From positions 213,659 through 277,658 of the forward strand of contig CAVONU010000006.1 in NCBI GenBank assembly GCA_963697385.1: a DNA stretch of 64,000 nt. Direction: 5' to 3'. This DNA is from an uncultured Acidimicrobiales bacterium. GTDB lineage: Bacteria > Actinomycetota > Acidimicrobiia > Acidimicrobiales > CAWCAL01. Below the pieces are notes generated by a model. That model was not told where the DNA came from, did no database searches, and saw nothing but the letters and a program-made list of their open reading frames with translations. Position numbers and translations under genes: made by a program. Each line of letters opens with the position of its first letter. The stretch's first letter is position 1. Positions 10,268 through 21,596 of this stretch are shown here, one piece after another.

Positions 10268-11947
10268 GTGGAGAAGGGATCTCGTCTCGTGACCACGCGC
10301 ACCCACCCGCAGACCGGGAGCGAAACAGACCGGGCGCACGACGGCATCACCGTCGTGGCCGAGGGCTCGCCGCCACCGGCCGAGCCGAGCCCGGATCGCC
10401 CCTTCACGCTCACGACGGCCGATCGGGCGCGCGCCATCCTCCGCCCGCTCTGGGGTGACCGCCGACTCGCCCTCGCGGCCGCAGCGGTCCTCGCCGCATC
10501 GTGGGGCGCCATCGCCGCATGGTGGACCCCGCGGGGTCCCCTCACGGCGAGCGAGGCGCTCTGGTCCATCGCACTCAGCCTCCTCGTCGGCGGTGGTGCG
10601 GGTCTCGCCATGAAGTCGCGATGGGCGCTGCTGGTGGCCCCGACCACGTTCGTCGTCGTACTCGAGCTGGTTCGGATCGGGACCGAGGGTCCGACCGTCG
10701 ACGGCCCGCGGTTCAGCACGTACGGTCTCATGGCGCTCGTCCTGGGACGGGGGGTGCACGGACTGCTGTCGCTGCTCCCCATGCTGCTCGGTGCCGCGCT
10801 GGGAGCCGGCGCCGCCCGCCGGCTGGATGCGATGCCGGACGGGCTCACGGCGACGCGCACCATCGCCACGGCGCTCCGCCGCACGGTGGCCGTACTGACC
10901 GCGGTCGCGCTCGTCGCCCTCACCGTCGCCCTGGCTCGGCCGGCCCGTACCGACGCCATCGTCGACGCCGACGGCCAGAGGATTCCGGGCAGCATCGCCG
11001 AGCTCACCAGGGTCGACATCAACGGACGCGACCTGGGGATGATGATTCGTGGCCACCGCGCCGACAACCCGGTCCTGCTCTTCCTCGCCGGGGGCCCGGG
11101 TGGCTCCGAGCTGGGCGCCATGCGCCGCCACCTCCCCCCACTCGAGGAGCACTTCACGGTCGTCACCTGGGACCAGCGCGGGAGTGGCACGTCCTATCCC
11201 CAGCTCGACCCGAGTGGCACCATGACCCTCGACGGATCCATCGACGACACCCTCGCCGTCACCGACTACCTACGCGATCGGTTCGATCAGGACCGGATCT
11301 ACCTGCTGGGACAGTCCTGGGGATCGACGCTGGGCGTGCTCGCCGTCCAGGCGCAGCCCGAGGCGTACCGAGCGTTCATCGGGACCGGCCAGATGGTCAG
11401 CCAGGTGGCAACCGACCGTCAGTTCTACGACGACACCCTGGCCTGGGCCCGCGACACCGGACGCGAGGGGCTGGTCGACACACTCACCGACATCGGTTCA
11501 CCACCGTACGACGACATTCTCGACTACGAGACGGCCCTGTCCTACGAGCAGGACGTCTACCCCTATGACCACACCGTGAACTCCGAAGGTGAGGGTCAGA
11601 TGTCGGAGAACCTGCTGGTCGAGGAGTACTCCCTCCTCGACCAGCTCCACGTGCTGGCCGCGTTTCTCGACACGTTCGCGTTGCTCTACCCGCAGCTCCA
11701 GGAGATCGACTTCCGCGCCACGGCGACGGAGTTCGACGTTCCCCTGTTCTTCGTGCAGGGCGCCCACGAAGCGGACGGCCGGGCCGACCTCTTCGACGAG
11801 TGGTACCCCGCGGTCGAGGCCCCACAGAAGGACGTCACCGTGCTCACCACCTCGGGCCATCGGCCCCTGTTCGAGCAGCCGGACGAGTTCGTCGACTACA
11901 TGGTCGACACCGTGCTCGCCCGGACCGGGACCGGAGCCGTGGACTGA
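10268..11947 (+). CDS. Alpha/beta hydrolase (S33 prolyl aminopeptidase-like) fused to an N-terminal multi-TM region
   Basis: 559-aa ORF. Oxyanion region LLFLAGGPGGS and nucleophile elbow GQSWGS are present. Hydrophobic N-terminal ~200 aa. Confidence 0.8.
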   Translation: MEKGSRLVTTRTHPQTGSETDRAHDGITVVAEGSPPPAEPSPDRPFTLTTADRARAILRPLWGDRRLALAAAAVLAASWGAIAAWWTPRGPLTASEALWSIALSLLVGGGAGLAMKSRWALLVAPTTFVVVLELVRIGTEGPTVDGPRFSTYGLMALVLGRGVHGLLSLLPMLLGAALGAGAARRLDAMPDGLTATRTIATALRRTVAVLTAVALVALTVALARPARTDAIVDADGQRIPGSIAELTRVDINGRDLGMMIRGHRADNPVLLFLAGGPGGSELGAMRRHLPPLEEHFTVVTWDQRGSGTSYPQLDPSGTMTLDGSIDDTLAVTDYLRDRFDQDRIYLLGQSWGSTLGVLAVQAQPEAYRAFIGTGQMVSQVATDRQFYDDTLAWARDTGREGLVDTLTDIGSPPYDDILDYETALSYEQDVYPYDHTVNSEGEGQMSENLLVEEYSLLDQLHVLAAFLDTFALLYPQLQEIDFRATATEFDVPLFFVQGAHEADGRADLFDEWYPAVEAPQKDVTVLTTSGHRPLFEQPDEFVDYMVDTVLARTGTGAVD

Positions 11948-11954
11948 CCCCGTC

Positions 11955-12845
11955 CTAGTAGACGCCGGCGGCGACCTCGCCCACGCTACGGATGTCGTCG
12001 AGCCGATTCTTCCAGACGCTGGCCTGCCCGACGTTGCGGGCGAAGTTCGCCTTGCGCACGGCGACCCGACCCGAGACGTCCTCGGGCTGGACCTGGCGTG
12101 GGTCGTACTGGGCCTGGATGCCCTCCTTGAGGGCCGCGAGCGCCTCGGACCGCAGCTGCGAAATCCGTGACTCCGTCACATCGAGGAAGTCGGCGAGCTC
12201 CTGCGAGGTCCGGTTCTCCAGGAAGTAGCCGACGATCACCAGCCGCTGCCGCTCGGGCAGCAGGCTCACCGCGTCGCGCAGGTAGGCCTGCAGTTCGCGG
12301 TTCTCGAGCTCTTCCAACGGTTCGACGGCGGTGTGGTCGACGAGCACGTCGACCAGGGTCATGTCCTCGTCCTGGCCATCGTTGATCTCGTGTTCCAACG
12401 CCAGCACGACCGACCGGAACATCCGGTCCTGGAGTCGGTTCAGCTCGGCCTTGGTCATGCCCAGCTCTTCGGCGGTCTCCGAGATCGACGGCACCCGACC
12501 CAATCGGGTGGCCAATCGCTGCTCGGCGTTCTCCAGGCGGCGCGCCAGGTTGCGAACCGAGCGCGGCGCCCAGTCGGCGGCTCGGACCGCGTCGAGGATC
12601 GCTCCCCGGATCCGCTGCGCCGCGAAGCGCTCGAACGGAACGCCGCGATCGGCGTCGTAGCGCTGGGCGGCTTCCACCAGACCCAATGCGCCGGCTCGGG
12701 CCAGCTCGTCGCGGTCCACGTGGCGGGGGAAATGCACCGCCACCTGGAACACGATGTGCTTCACGAGTGGGAGATTCGCCTCGATCATCCCGTGAAGTTC
12801 TGCCTGGGTTTCAACCTTCGTCTTCAATGAACCACTCCTCGTCAT
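11955..12845 (-). CDS. RNA polymerase sigma factor, FliA/WhiG (sigma-28) family
   Basis: 296 aa. Region 2 (LPLVKHIV..., ..AAQRIRGAILD) and region 4 HTH (TSQELADFLDVTESRISQLRSEAL). C-terminal ~50-aa extension. Confidence 0.85.
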   Translation of the reverse strand: MTRSGSLKTKVETQAELHGMIEANLPLVKHIVFQVAVHFPRHVDRDELARAGALGLVEAAQRYDADRGVPFERFAAQRIRGAILDAVRAADWAPRSVRNLARRLENAEQRLATRLGRVPSISETAEELGMTKAELNRLQDRMFRSVVLALEHEINDGQDEDMTLVDVLVDHTAVEPLEELENRELQAYLRDAVSLLPERQRLVIVGYFLENRTSQELADFLDVTESRISQLRSEALAALKEGIQAQYDPRQVQPEDVSGRVAVRKANFARNVGQASVWKNRLDDIRSVGEVAAGVY

Positions 12846-12970
12846 CAGCCGAGGGAGGTTTCGTCACGATCGGCGTCGACCTTGAGCGATTTGTCGAAGA
12901 AATCTCCGCTCCCCCTCCTTCGGCACGTTGCGTGACGGTATTGAGTGGTATTCGTCACTCTTCGTGCGAA

Positions 12971-13960
12971 TCAGGCGTCGGCGCCGGCCCCTTCGAAGAC
13001 CGCGGCCCTCACGCCGCGCCGGGCCAGAGCGGTCAGGAACGGGACCGGCTCGACCATGCCGGCCAGTCCGGCCACCCCCGTGCCTCGGAGCTGGTCCTGC
13101 ACCGCCATCTCGGCGGTGAGGGCAGCCACCGCCGCGGCGGCGGTGGCGGGGCGATCCATGGCACCCAGCACACGCACGACCGATTCGTCCCCTCGCCACC
13201 CCCGCAATTCGACCCGTACGCCGCCCGGACCGCCGTCCTGGTGCGGCGGTCGCAGCATCGGCAGGCGAGCTGTCAGCCGGTTCCGTCGATTGGCCGCCAC
13301 TCGGGCGGTGATTCGCTTGATCCCGTCGAATTCCGGCAACAAGAGCAGCGGATCGGGCAGCGCCGCCCGGTAGCAGTCCATGGCACCGATCGGGTCCGGA
13401 AACCAGTTGAGCTCGCGCCCGGAGGCCGACGGTCGCTCCATCCAGGCGCCGTCGCGCCAGTCGAGCGAGGTCTGTCCCAAGGCCCGATGATGCTGACGAG
13501 CGCAGGCCGGGCCCCCCGTCCCGCTCCGCGAGACGTGGATCTCGTCGACCCGATCCATCGTGGCCGCGCCGTGACGAGCCAGGACACAACTCAATCCAGG
13601 AGAGAACCCACATCCCAGCACCACCGGCACGCCCCGGGCCCGGGCGAGCTCGTCCAACTCGAAGAACCGTCTCGTCTCGGCCAGATCGTCCCCCACCGAG
13701 ACCAGCGCGATCCCCCGATCGATCAGCTCGCGCGCCCGCGTCGACTGCGTGCCCGCCGGGCCACACAGGACGGCGACCTGGGTGGTGTCGGGCAATCCGG
13801 CCGTGAACGGTGCCACCGCAGCTCGATCGCCCAGCGATGCGACCACCGCTTCGGCGCGCCCTTCGTTGGTGTCCTGGATCAGGACCTCGGCCCCGTCGGC
13901 GATCAGCTGGCGGCCGACGCGTACGCCCACCGCTCCGGCCCCGATGACTGCCGCGAGCAC
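12971..13960 (-). CDS. Saccharopine dehydrogenase-like NAD(P)-binding protein
   Basis: 329 aa. GTG start. N-terminal Rossmann motif VIGAGAVG. High GC3. Confidence 0.65.
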   Translation of the reverse strand: MLAAVIGAGAVGVRVGRQLIADGAEVLIQDTNEGRAEAVVASLGDRAAVAPFTAGLPDTTQVAVLCGPAGTQSTRARELIDRGIALVSVGDDLAETRRFFELDELARARGVPVVLGCGFSPGLSCVLARHGAATMDRVDEIHVSRSGTGGPACARQHHRALGQTSLDWRDGAWMERPSASGRELNWFPDPIGAMDCYRAALPDPLLLLPEFDGIKRITARVAANRRNRLTARLPMLRPPHQDGGPGGVRVELRGWRGDESVVRVLGAMDRPATAAAAVAALTAEMAVQDQLRGTGVAGLAGMVEPVPFLTALARRGVRAAVFEGAGADA

Positions 13961-13961
13961 G

Positions 13962-14126
13962 TCAGCGCAGGTCCGGGCCGGTCAGCTCGCGCCAGCCTCC
14001 TTGTTGCGGGGGCGTTCCGCCGGCTCCTCGCAGTCGAAGGACCGATGCCACGAACCCCGCGATGCCGATGGCCACCGCTGCTCGCCGGATCAGCCGTCCA
14101 ATCGTCACGCTGTGCCACTCTTCCAT
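13962..14126 (-). CDS. Small single-TM membrane protein (54 aa), hypothetical
   Basis: Below the ORF-track size cutoff. Sequence MEEWHSVTIGRLIRRAAVAIGIAGFVASVLRLRGAGGTPPQQGGWRELTGPDLR. Its TGA lies 1 nt before the GTG of the downstream gene. Confidence 0.35.
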   Translation of the reverse strand: MEEWHSVTIGRLIRRAAVAIGIAGFVASVLRLRGAGGTPPQQGGWRELTGPDLR

Positions 14127-14205
14127 CGGTCGCCATCGCCGGCCGCTCGGGTCCGGCCGGGAATGGTGTCGCCTGGCCGGCCCATCTGCCGACCAGGTGT
14201 TCCAG

Positions 14206-14279
14206 TGGGGCTAGCAGGAATTGAACCTGCGACCTCACCCTTATCAGGGGTGCGCTCTGACCGTCTGAGCTATAGCCCC
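14206..14279 (-). tRNA. tRNA-Ile (anticodon GAU)
   Basis: The reverse complement GGGGCTATAGCTCAGACGGTCAGAGCGCACCCCTGATAAGGGTGAGGTCGCAGGTTCAATTCCTGCTAGCCCCA folds as a cloverleaf. The anticodon loop is CTGATAA. The CCA end is not encoded. Confidence 0.95.
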
Positions 14280-14305
14280 GGGTCGCCGAATGGCGAGCGG
14301 TCAGG

Positions 14306-14995
14306 TTACTCCACGATCCGTCGAGCGGTCTCCTCTTCTATGACCGAGACCCGGATTCCCCCGAGCAGATCACTCAGAAGGTTGAACAACACGGCCAGGA
14401 CGCCCATGAACAGCGCCCCACCGAGCGCCATGGCCCCGCCGACCATGACCGAGACCCGGAACATCAGGCTGGGGTCGATCGAGAACGAAGTCAGGTCGAA
14501 GAGCTCGATCACCAGATCCTCGAAGTCGGTGACCAGGCCGCTGTTGACCGCGAGTGACCACAGGACCACGCCGGCCAAGATCACGACCATCCAAGCCAGA
14601 GCGAAGAAGAAGACCGAGAACTTGAGGACCGACCAGGGATCGATGTGCCGGATGGTCCGGCGTACCTTCCGGGCTCGCAGCTGCCGGGCCCGGAGCCGCT
14701 GCCGGACCGACCGGTGCGACGACGGGCTCGCGACGACCTGATCCGTCGTCTCGGTCGACGTGTCGTCCAATGGATTCTCGTCCGGATCGACGACCGCCGC
14801 CGCGTCACCGTCGTCCGACACCGGCGGAACCACAGCGGTGTCGGGAGCGAAGGGCTCCGATGGGTCGGAATCCGTTCCGTCGGCGACGGGCGGCGGCAAG
14901 GACGATGCGTCCAGCGGCGCGGCGTCGTCCGGGATGTCGTCACCGACATTCGTCCCGGTCGCGACCTGTGGTGGCATGGCTCTCCCGTCGGCCAC
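14306..14995 (-). CDS. DUF3566 domain membrane protein (Rv0007-type, conserved next to gyrA)
   Basis: 229 aa. Acidic/Pro-rich N-terminus, then IRHIDPWSVLKFSVFFF...LFNLLSDLLGGIRV. Sits between gyrA and tRNA-Ile, as in other actinobacteria. Confidence 0.85.
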   Translation of the reverse strand: MADGRAMPPQVATGTNVGDDIPDDAAPLDASSLPPPVADGTDSDPSEPFAPDTAVVPPVSDDGDAAAVVDPDENPLDDTSTETTDQVVASPSSHRSVRQRLRARQLRARKVRRTIRHIDPWSVLKFSVFFFALAWMVVILAGVVLWSLAVNSGLVTDFEDLVIELFDLTSFSIDPSLMFRVSVMVGGAMALGGALFMGVLAVLFNLLSDLLGGIRVSVIEEETARRIVE

Positions 14996-15067
14996 GGATC
15001 ACGCAACGTGACCTCTCCTGCCGAACTGCTGTGGCGCAAGTCTAAGGGCGTCCGAGCCGCTGCAACA

Positions 15068-15412
15068 TCATGGCGGCCCCACTCGCCCGGCGCGAGCCCG
15101 GGCGGACCCCCAACCGAGCGTGACCTCGACGACCACCTCGGACGCTGATTCGGTCACCTGGACCAGGTCGGCGCCGTTGCTCCGTGCGATCGCCGCCGCC
15201 GCGTCGGGACCATCAGCCGCCGCGGCCAGCGCGGCGGCATCGGCAGCCGCCTGCGCCGCCGATCGATCGACCAGCACGCGGCCCAGGACGAAGAGCGTCC
15301 CGCTGGCCACCACGACCACGGACAGTGTCAACAGCACCATCGGAAGTGCGACCTGACCCCGGTCGCGGCGAAGAGCCCGAGCTCTTCGAGGGATGTTCGG
15401 ACCCGTCGTCAT
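15068..15412 (-). CDS. TadE-like (Rv3654c-family) small membrane-anchored protein
   Basis: 114 aa. N-terminal TM segment, then AAQAAADAAALAAA...ARSNGADLVQV...VVVEVTL, the pattern of the helicase/secretion-neighbourhood TadE-like family (from memory). Confidence 0.65.
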   Translation of the reverse strand: MTTGPNIPRRARALRRDRGQVALPMVLLTLSVVVVASGTLFVLGRVLVDRSAAQAAADAAALAAAADGPDAAAAIARSNGADLVQVTESASEVVVEVTLGWGSARARAGRVGPP

Positions 15413-15476
15413 CGACGCGCCTCCTCACTCGAGGTACGACCGGGGGAACGGGGAGGGGAGCCGGGGCTCCCGAGGG

Positions 15477-18047
15477 TCAGGCCTCGTCGGCCTCGGATGC
15501 GGGCTGGGCGCCAGTGTCGTCAGGACCGGCCTCGACATCGTCGGAACCGGGCTGGGCCGCGGCATCGTCCGACTCGGTCGGGTCGTCCTCACTGGCCGGG
15601 GCCGGAGCGATGGCGGCCACCACCTCACCCTCGTCCAGGTTCATGACACGCACGCCCGTGGCATCACGACCCTGGATCGACACTTCGGCCACCCTCGTCC
15701 TGATGACCACGCCGCTGGAGTTGATCACGAAGATGTCGTCACCCTCGTCCACCATCAGCGCGCCGACCACATCGCCCCGCTCGTCGTTGACCTTCATGCT
15801 CCGCATGCCGAGCCCGCCGCGGCCCTTGGCCGCGAAATGGTGCGGTTCGGTCCGCTTGCCGTAGCCCCGCTCGGACATCACGAGGAGGAACCCTTCCTCG
15901 CGCACCACGTCACAGCCCACCACCTGGTCCCCGTCGCGAAGCTTCAGGCCCCGGACGCCGGCGGCCGTCCGACCCATGGGGCGCACCGCGTCTTCGGCGA
16001 ACCGAATGGTCTGACCCCGAGCCGAGGTGACGAAGATGTCGTCACCGGTGTTGGTCGGGATCACCCGGACCAGCTCGTCGCCTTCCTTGAGACCCAGAGC
16101 GATGAAGCCGCCCTTCAGGTTCTTGTCGTACTCGGTGAAGTTGGTCTTCTTGACCGTCCCGCCCTTGGTGCAGAAGAACAGGTACCGGTTGGTCTCGTAG
16201 TCGCGGGTGTCGATGATGGCCTCGACCTCCTCGTCGGCATCGAGCTCGAGGAGGTTCACGATGGCCGTTCCCCGCGCGGTGCGGTCCAGCATGGGCACCC
16301 GGTGCGCCCGCAGTCGATAGACGCGGCCGCGATTGGTGAAGAACAAGAGGTACGCGTGCGCCGACGTCTGCACGAGGTGGGTCAACACGTCCTCGTCCTT
16401 CAGGCGCGCGCCGGCGACCCCGCGCCCGCCGCGCCCCTGGCTGCGGAACGTGTCGATCGACATCGCCTTGATGTAGCCCTGCGCGCTGAGCGTGACGACG
16501 ACGTCCTCGTCGTCGATGAGATCCTCGATGTCCAGATCACCCTCGTCGTGGGTGATCTGAGAGACGCGGGCATCGGCGAACTCGTCGCGTACCTCGATCA
16601 GCTCGGTCTTGATGACCTCGCGCACCTTGGCATCGGATCCCAGGATGGCCTCCAGCTCGGCGATCTGGGCCACCAGCTTGTCCATCTCGTTCTGGAGCTC
16701 CTCACGACCCAGGCGGGTGAGGCGGCCCAGCGTCATCTGGAGGATGGCTTCGGCCTGACGCTCGGTGAACTCGAACGGCTCGGCCTGGAGGGCTTCGTCG
16801 GCGGCCGCCCGGTTCGCGCTCCCCCGAATGGTGGCGATGATCTCGTCGATCAGATCCAGCGCCTTCAGCAGACCCTCGACGATGTGCGCACGGTCGCGGG
16901 CCTTGGCCAGCCGGAATTCGGACCGGCGGCGGACGACCTCGACCTGATGGCCCAGATACGCGCTGAGCGCCTCCCGCAGATCGAGCGTCCGCGGCACCCC
17001 GTCGACCAGGGCCACCATGTTCACCGAGAAACTGGTCTGCAGCGGGCTCAGCTTGAACAGCTGGTTGAGGATGACATGGGCCGAGGCGCCCTTCTTCAGG
17101 TCGATCACCAGCTGGGTCTTCCCCTTGGCCGAGTAGTTCTCGACCCGCGAGATGCCCTCGATCTCCCGCTTGTTGACCAGCTCGCCGATCTTCTCGGAGA
17201 TGGACTCGACGCTGGTCTGGAACGGAACCGCGGAGACGACGATCTGGTCCCGCTTGTCCCCTTCGATGATCTCGGTGACGGCCCGGAGCTTCATCGAGCC
17301 CCGACCGGTCCGGTACGCCTCGCGGATCCCGGCGCGGCCCATGATGATGCAGCCGGTAGGGAAGTCGGGACCCTTCACGAAGGTGCACAGGTCGTCGATG
17401 TCGGCCTCGGGGTTCTCCAGCAGGTGCACGGTGGCGTCGATGATCTCGCCCAGGTTGTGGGGCGGGATGTTGGTGGCCATGCCGACCGCAATGCCCTGAC
17501 CGCCGTTGACCAGAAGGTTGGGGAAACGGGCCGGCAGGACCACCGGCTCACGCTCGCTGTTGTCGAAGTTGCCGACGAAGTCGACCGTGTCCTCGTCGAT
17601 GCTCTCGAGCAGGCGCATGGCCAGCGGCGCCAGACGACTCTCGGTGTAGCGCATGGCCGCCGGCGGGTCGGCCGGGGACCCGAAGTTGCCGTGCGGGTCG
17701 ATCAACGGGTGACGCACGCTGAAGGGCTGACCCAGCCGCACCAATGCGTCGTAGATGGCGGTGTCGCCGTGGGGGTGATACCGACCCATCACGTCGCCCA
17801 CCACACGGGCACATTTGACGTGGGAGCGGTCGGGTCGGAATCCGCCCTCGTGCATCCCCCACAGGATCCGGCGGTGCACCGGCTTGAGACCGTCGCGGGC
17901 ATCGGGAAGGGCCCGGGTGACGATCACCGACATGGCGTAGTCCAGGAAGGACTGCTCCATCTCCTCCTGGATCTCGATCGGCTCGATCGACCCGGCGGCG
18001 ATCCCGCCGTACTCGTCGCCCTCGTCGGGCGGTGTTGTGTCACTCAT
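15477..18047 (-). CDS. gyrA: DNA gyrase subunit A
   Basis: 856 aa. Active-site region AAMRYTE, QRDR-like HPHGD, and a C-terminal beta-pinwheel with an acidic tail. Confidence 0.98.
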   Translation of the reverse strand: MSDTTPPDEGDEYGGIAAGSIEPIEIQEEMEQSFLDYAMSVIVTRALPDARDGLKPVHRRILWGMHEGGFRPDRSHVKCARVVGDVMGRYHPHGDTAIYDALVRLGQPFSVRHPLIDPHGNFGSPADPPAAMRYTESRLAPLAMRLLESIDEDTVDFVGNFDNSEREPVVLPARFPNLLVNGGQGIAVGMATNIPPHNLGEIIDATVHLLENPEADIDDLCTFVKGPDFPTGCIIMGRAGIREAYRTGRGSMKLRAVTEIIEGDKRDQIVVSAVPFQTSVESISEKIGELVNKREIEGISRVENYSAKGKTQLVIDLKKGASAHVILNQLFKLSPLQTSFSVNMVALVDGVPRTLDLREALSAYLGHQVEVVRRRSEFRLAKARDRAHIVEGLLKALDLIDEIIATIRGSANRAAADEALQAEPFEFTERQAEAILQMTLGRLTRLGREELQNEMDKLVAQIAELEAILGSDAKVREVIKTELIEVRDEFADARVSQITHDEGDLDIEDLIDDEDVVVTLSAQGYIKAMSIDTFRSQGRGGRGVAGARLKDEDVLTHLVQTSAHAYLLFFTNRGRVYRLRAHRVPMLDRTARGTAIVNLLELDADEEVEAIIDTRDYETNRYLFFCTKGGTVKKTNFTEYDKNLKGGFIALGLKEGDELVRVIPTNTGDDIFVTSARGQTIRFAEDAVRPMGRTAAGVRGLKLRDGDQVVGCDVVREEGFLLVMSERGYGKRTEPHHFAAKGRGGLGMRSMKVNDERGDVVGALMVDEGDDIFVINSSGVVIRTRVAEVSIQGRDATGVRVMNLDEGEVVAAIAPAPASEDDPTESDDAAAQPGSDDVEAGPDDTGAQPASEADEA

Positions 18048-18083
18048 GGCTGCCTCTGCATCGCGGTGGAACCGGTACGAAGG

Positions 18084-20051
<1,968 letters not shown>

Positions 20052-20124
20052 TCATCTCGGCCGCCATACGGGGCCTGCCACGTTGATGAACAGGCGAGTC
20101 CTGGGGGAAGATCACGCGGGTGTC

Positions 20125-20133
20125 ATTCTACCA
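20125..20133 (-). promoter_or_regulatory. Candidate extended -10 element (TGGTAGAAT) of the gyrB promoter
   Basis: Reverse complement of attctacca. It lies ~85-115 nt upstream of the candidate gyrB starts in the spacer after the DUF721 gene. No convincing -35 element. Confidence 0.3.
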
Positions 20134-20178
20134 GTTCGAGGCCCCTCAGGGCGCCACCGCCGCTCGGCCGCCGACCAC

Positions 20179-20538
20179 CTACGCGGGCCGTTGGACGGTC
20201 ACATCGAGCCGGGTCGGTTGGTCGCTGTCCAACAGGGCCCGCACCGCGTCCAACAGGGAAGATTCCTGCCACGCGAGATGACGGACCAACGACGGATCTT
20301 CGGCGGCGACGAACAGGGTCTCGGCCTCGAGACGGCGGGGATGACACCGTTGCGCGATTTCGGGACCGACCAGCTCGGGCCAGGCATCGATGACCTGCAC
20401 CATCGACGACGCCGGCGCCGCGCCCAGGCGACGGAGCACCGCATCCAGACCGGCCTGCAGCGGTAGCGGTGGCCGACCCTGGTGCTCGCCGGGGAGGGGA
20501 TCAACCATCGGAGCGACACAACCCCGCGGACGTCGCAT
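20179..20538 (-). CDS. dciA: DUF721 domain protein (DciA-type, Rv0004-like)
   Basis: 119 aa between recF and gyrB, the conserved actinobacterial position. Sequence ..VIDAWPELVGPEIAQRCHPRRLEAETLFVAAEDP. The alternative start ATG 20508 would reduce the overlap with recF. Confidence 0.75.
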   Translation of the reverse strand: MRRPRGCVAPMVDPLPGEHQGRPPLPLQAGLDAVLRRLGAAPASSMVQVIDAWPELVGPEIAQRCHPRRLEAETLFVAAEDPSLVRHLAWQESSLLDAVRALLDSDQPTRLDVTVQRPA

Positions 20539-21586
20539 CCAGCGTCTGTTCCACCTCGACGGAGGCAGGAACCTCTCCGGCCGTCGTCAGCACCACCTGA
20601 CCGGGCGGGAGCGAGTGGACCAGCGCGTCGGCTCGGGCGTGATCCAACTCACTGAACACATCGTCGAGCAGCAACACCGGTGCCTGGCCCACCGCGCTGG
20701 TGACGGCGAGGTGACCGCCGAGTTTCAACGCGAGCGCCAGCGATCGTTGCTCCCCCTGCGACGCATGGGTTCGGCCGGGAAGTCCGTTGAGCTGCACCTC
20801 GAGATCGTCGCGGTGGGGACCGACCAGGGTCACGCCGCGACGAAGCTCGTCGTCGCGCCCGGCCTCGAGGGCCGAGACCAGATCGCCCTGCTTCCAGGTC
20901 GACCGGTAGTGCAGGTCGACACGCTGATCGGACCCACTCACGTCCGCGTACAAGGCCTGCACCTGGGGTGCGATCGCGGCGAGCAACGATCGGCGCTCGG
21001 CGGCCAGCTCCTCACCGCGTGCCCCGAGCTTGTCGTTCCAGACCGCCAGGGTCATGCCCACGTCATCGGTCAGTCGACCCCGCGCCTGCTTCAACAGCGC
21101 GTTGCGCTGCCGCAGGATCTTCTCGACGTCGGATCGCAGCGCATCGAGCTTCGGTTTCCGCGCCACCATCACCTCGTCCAGGAACCGTCGGCGCAACGCC
21201 GGTCCCGCCTTGACGATCGCCAGGTCGTCGGGAGCGAACACCGTCGTGCGGAGCACCTCGACGAGATCCCGACCGCGCGTCACCTTCTGGCCGTTGATCT
21301 GGGCCCGTGAGCGACCCCGGGTCGAAATCTCGCACTCGACCAGCAGGGTGCGCTCGTCGTGTTGCACCCGCCCGCGAATGACACCGCTCTCGCGACCCTC
21401 GCGGACCATCGTGTCCGCGGTGACGCCCCGGAAGGAACGCTGGCTCCCGAGATATCCCATCGCTTCGATGAGGTTGGTCTTGCCGATCCCGTTGGCGCCG
21501 CGGATCACTGTCAGACCCGAACCGAACGTCGCGTGAACGGATTCGTAGGACCGGATGTCGGTCAGCCAGAGTTCGGCGACGTGCAC
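20501..21586 (-). CDS. recF: DNA replication/repair protein RecF
   Basis: 361 aa. Walker A GANGIGKTN, SMC-like signature, Walker B LLLDDVFSELD. Confidence 0.95.
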   Translation of the reverse strand: MHVAELWLTDIRSYESVHATFGSGLTVIRGANGIGKTNLIEAMGYLGSQRSFRGVTADTMVREGRESGVIRGRVQHDERTLLVECEISTRGRSRAQINGQKVTRGRDLVEVLRTTVFAPDDLAIVKAGPALRRRFLDEVMVARKPKLDALRSDVEKILRQRNALLKQARGRLTDDVGMTLAVWNDKLGARGEELAAERRSLLAAIAPQVQALYADVSGSDQRVDLHYRSTWKQGDLVSALEAGRDDELRRGVTLVGPHRDDLEVQLNGLPGRTHASQGEQRSLALALKLGGHLAVTSAVGQAPVLLLDDVFSELDHARADALVHSLPPGQVVLTTAGEVPASVEVEQTLDATSAGLCRSDG

Positions 21587-21596
21587 GGGCCGCCGC

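Noticed and set aside
14206-14279. tRNA-Ile as a possible genomic-island integration site
   Set aside because: I found no integrase, no duplicated tRNA 3' end and no compositional break nearby. The flanks follow the conserved gyrA-DUF3566-tRNA synteny.
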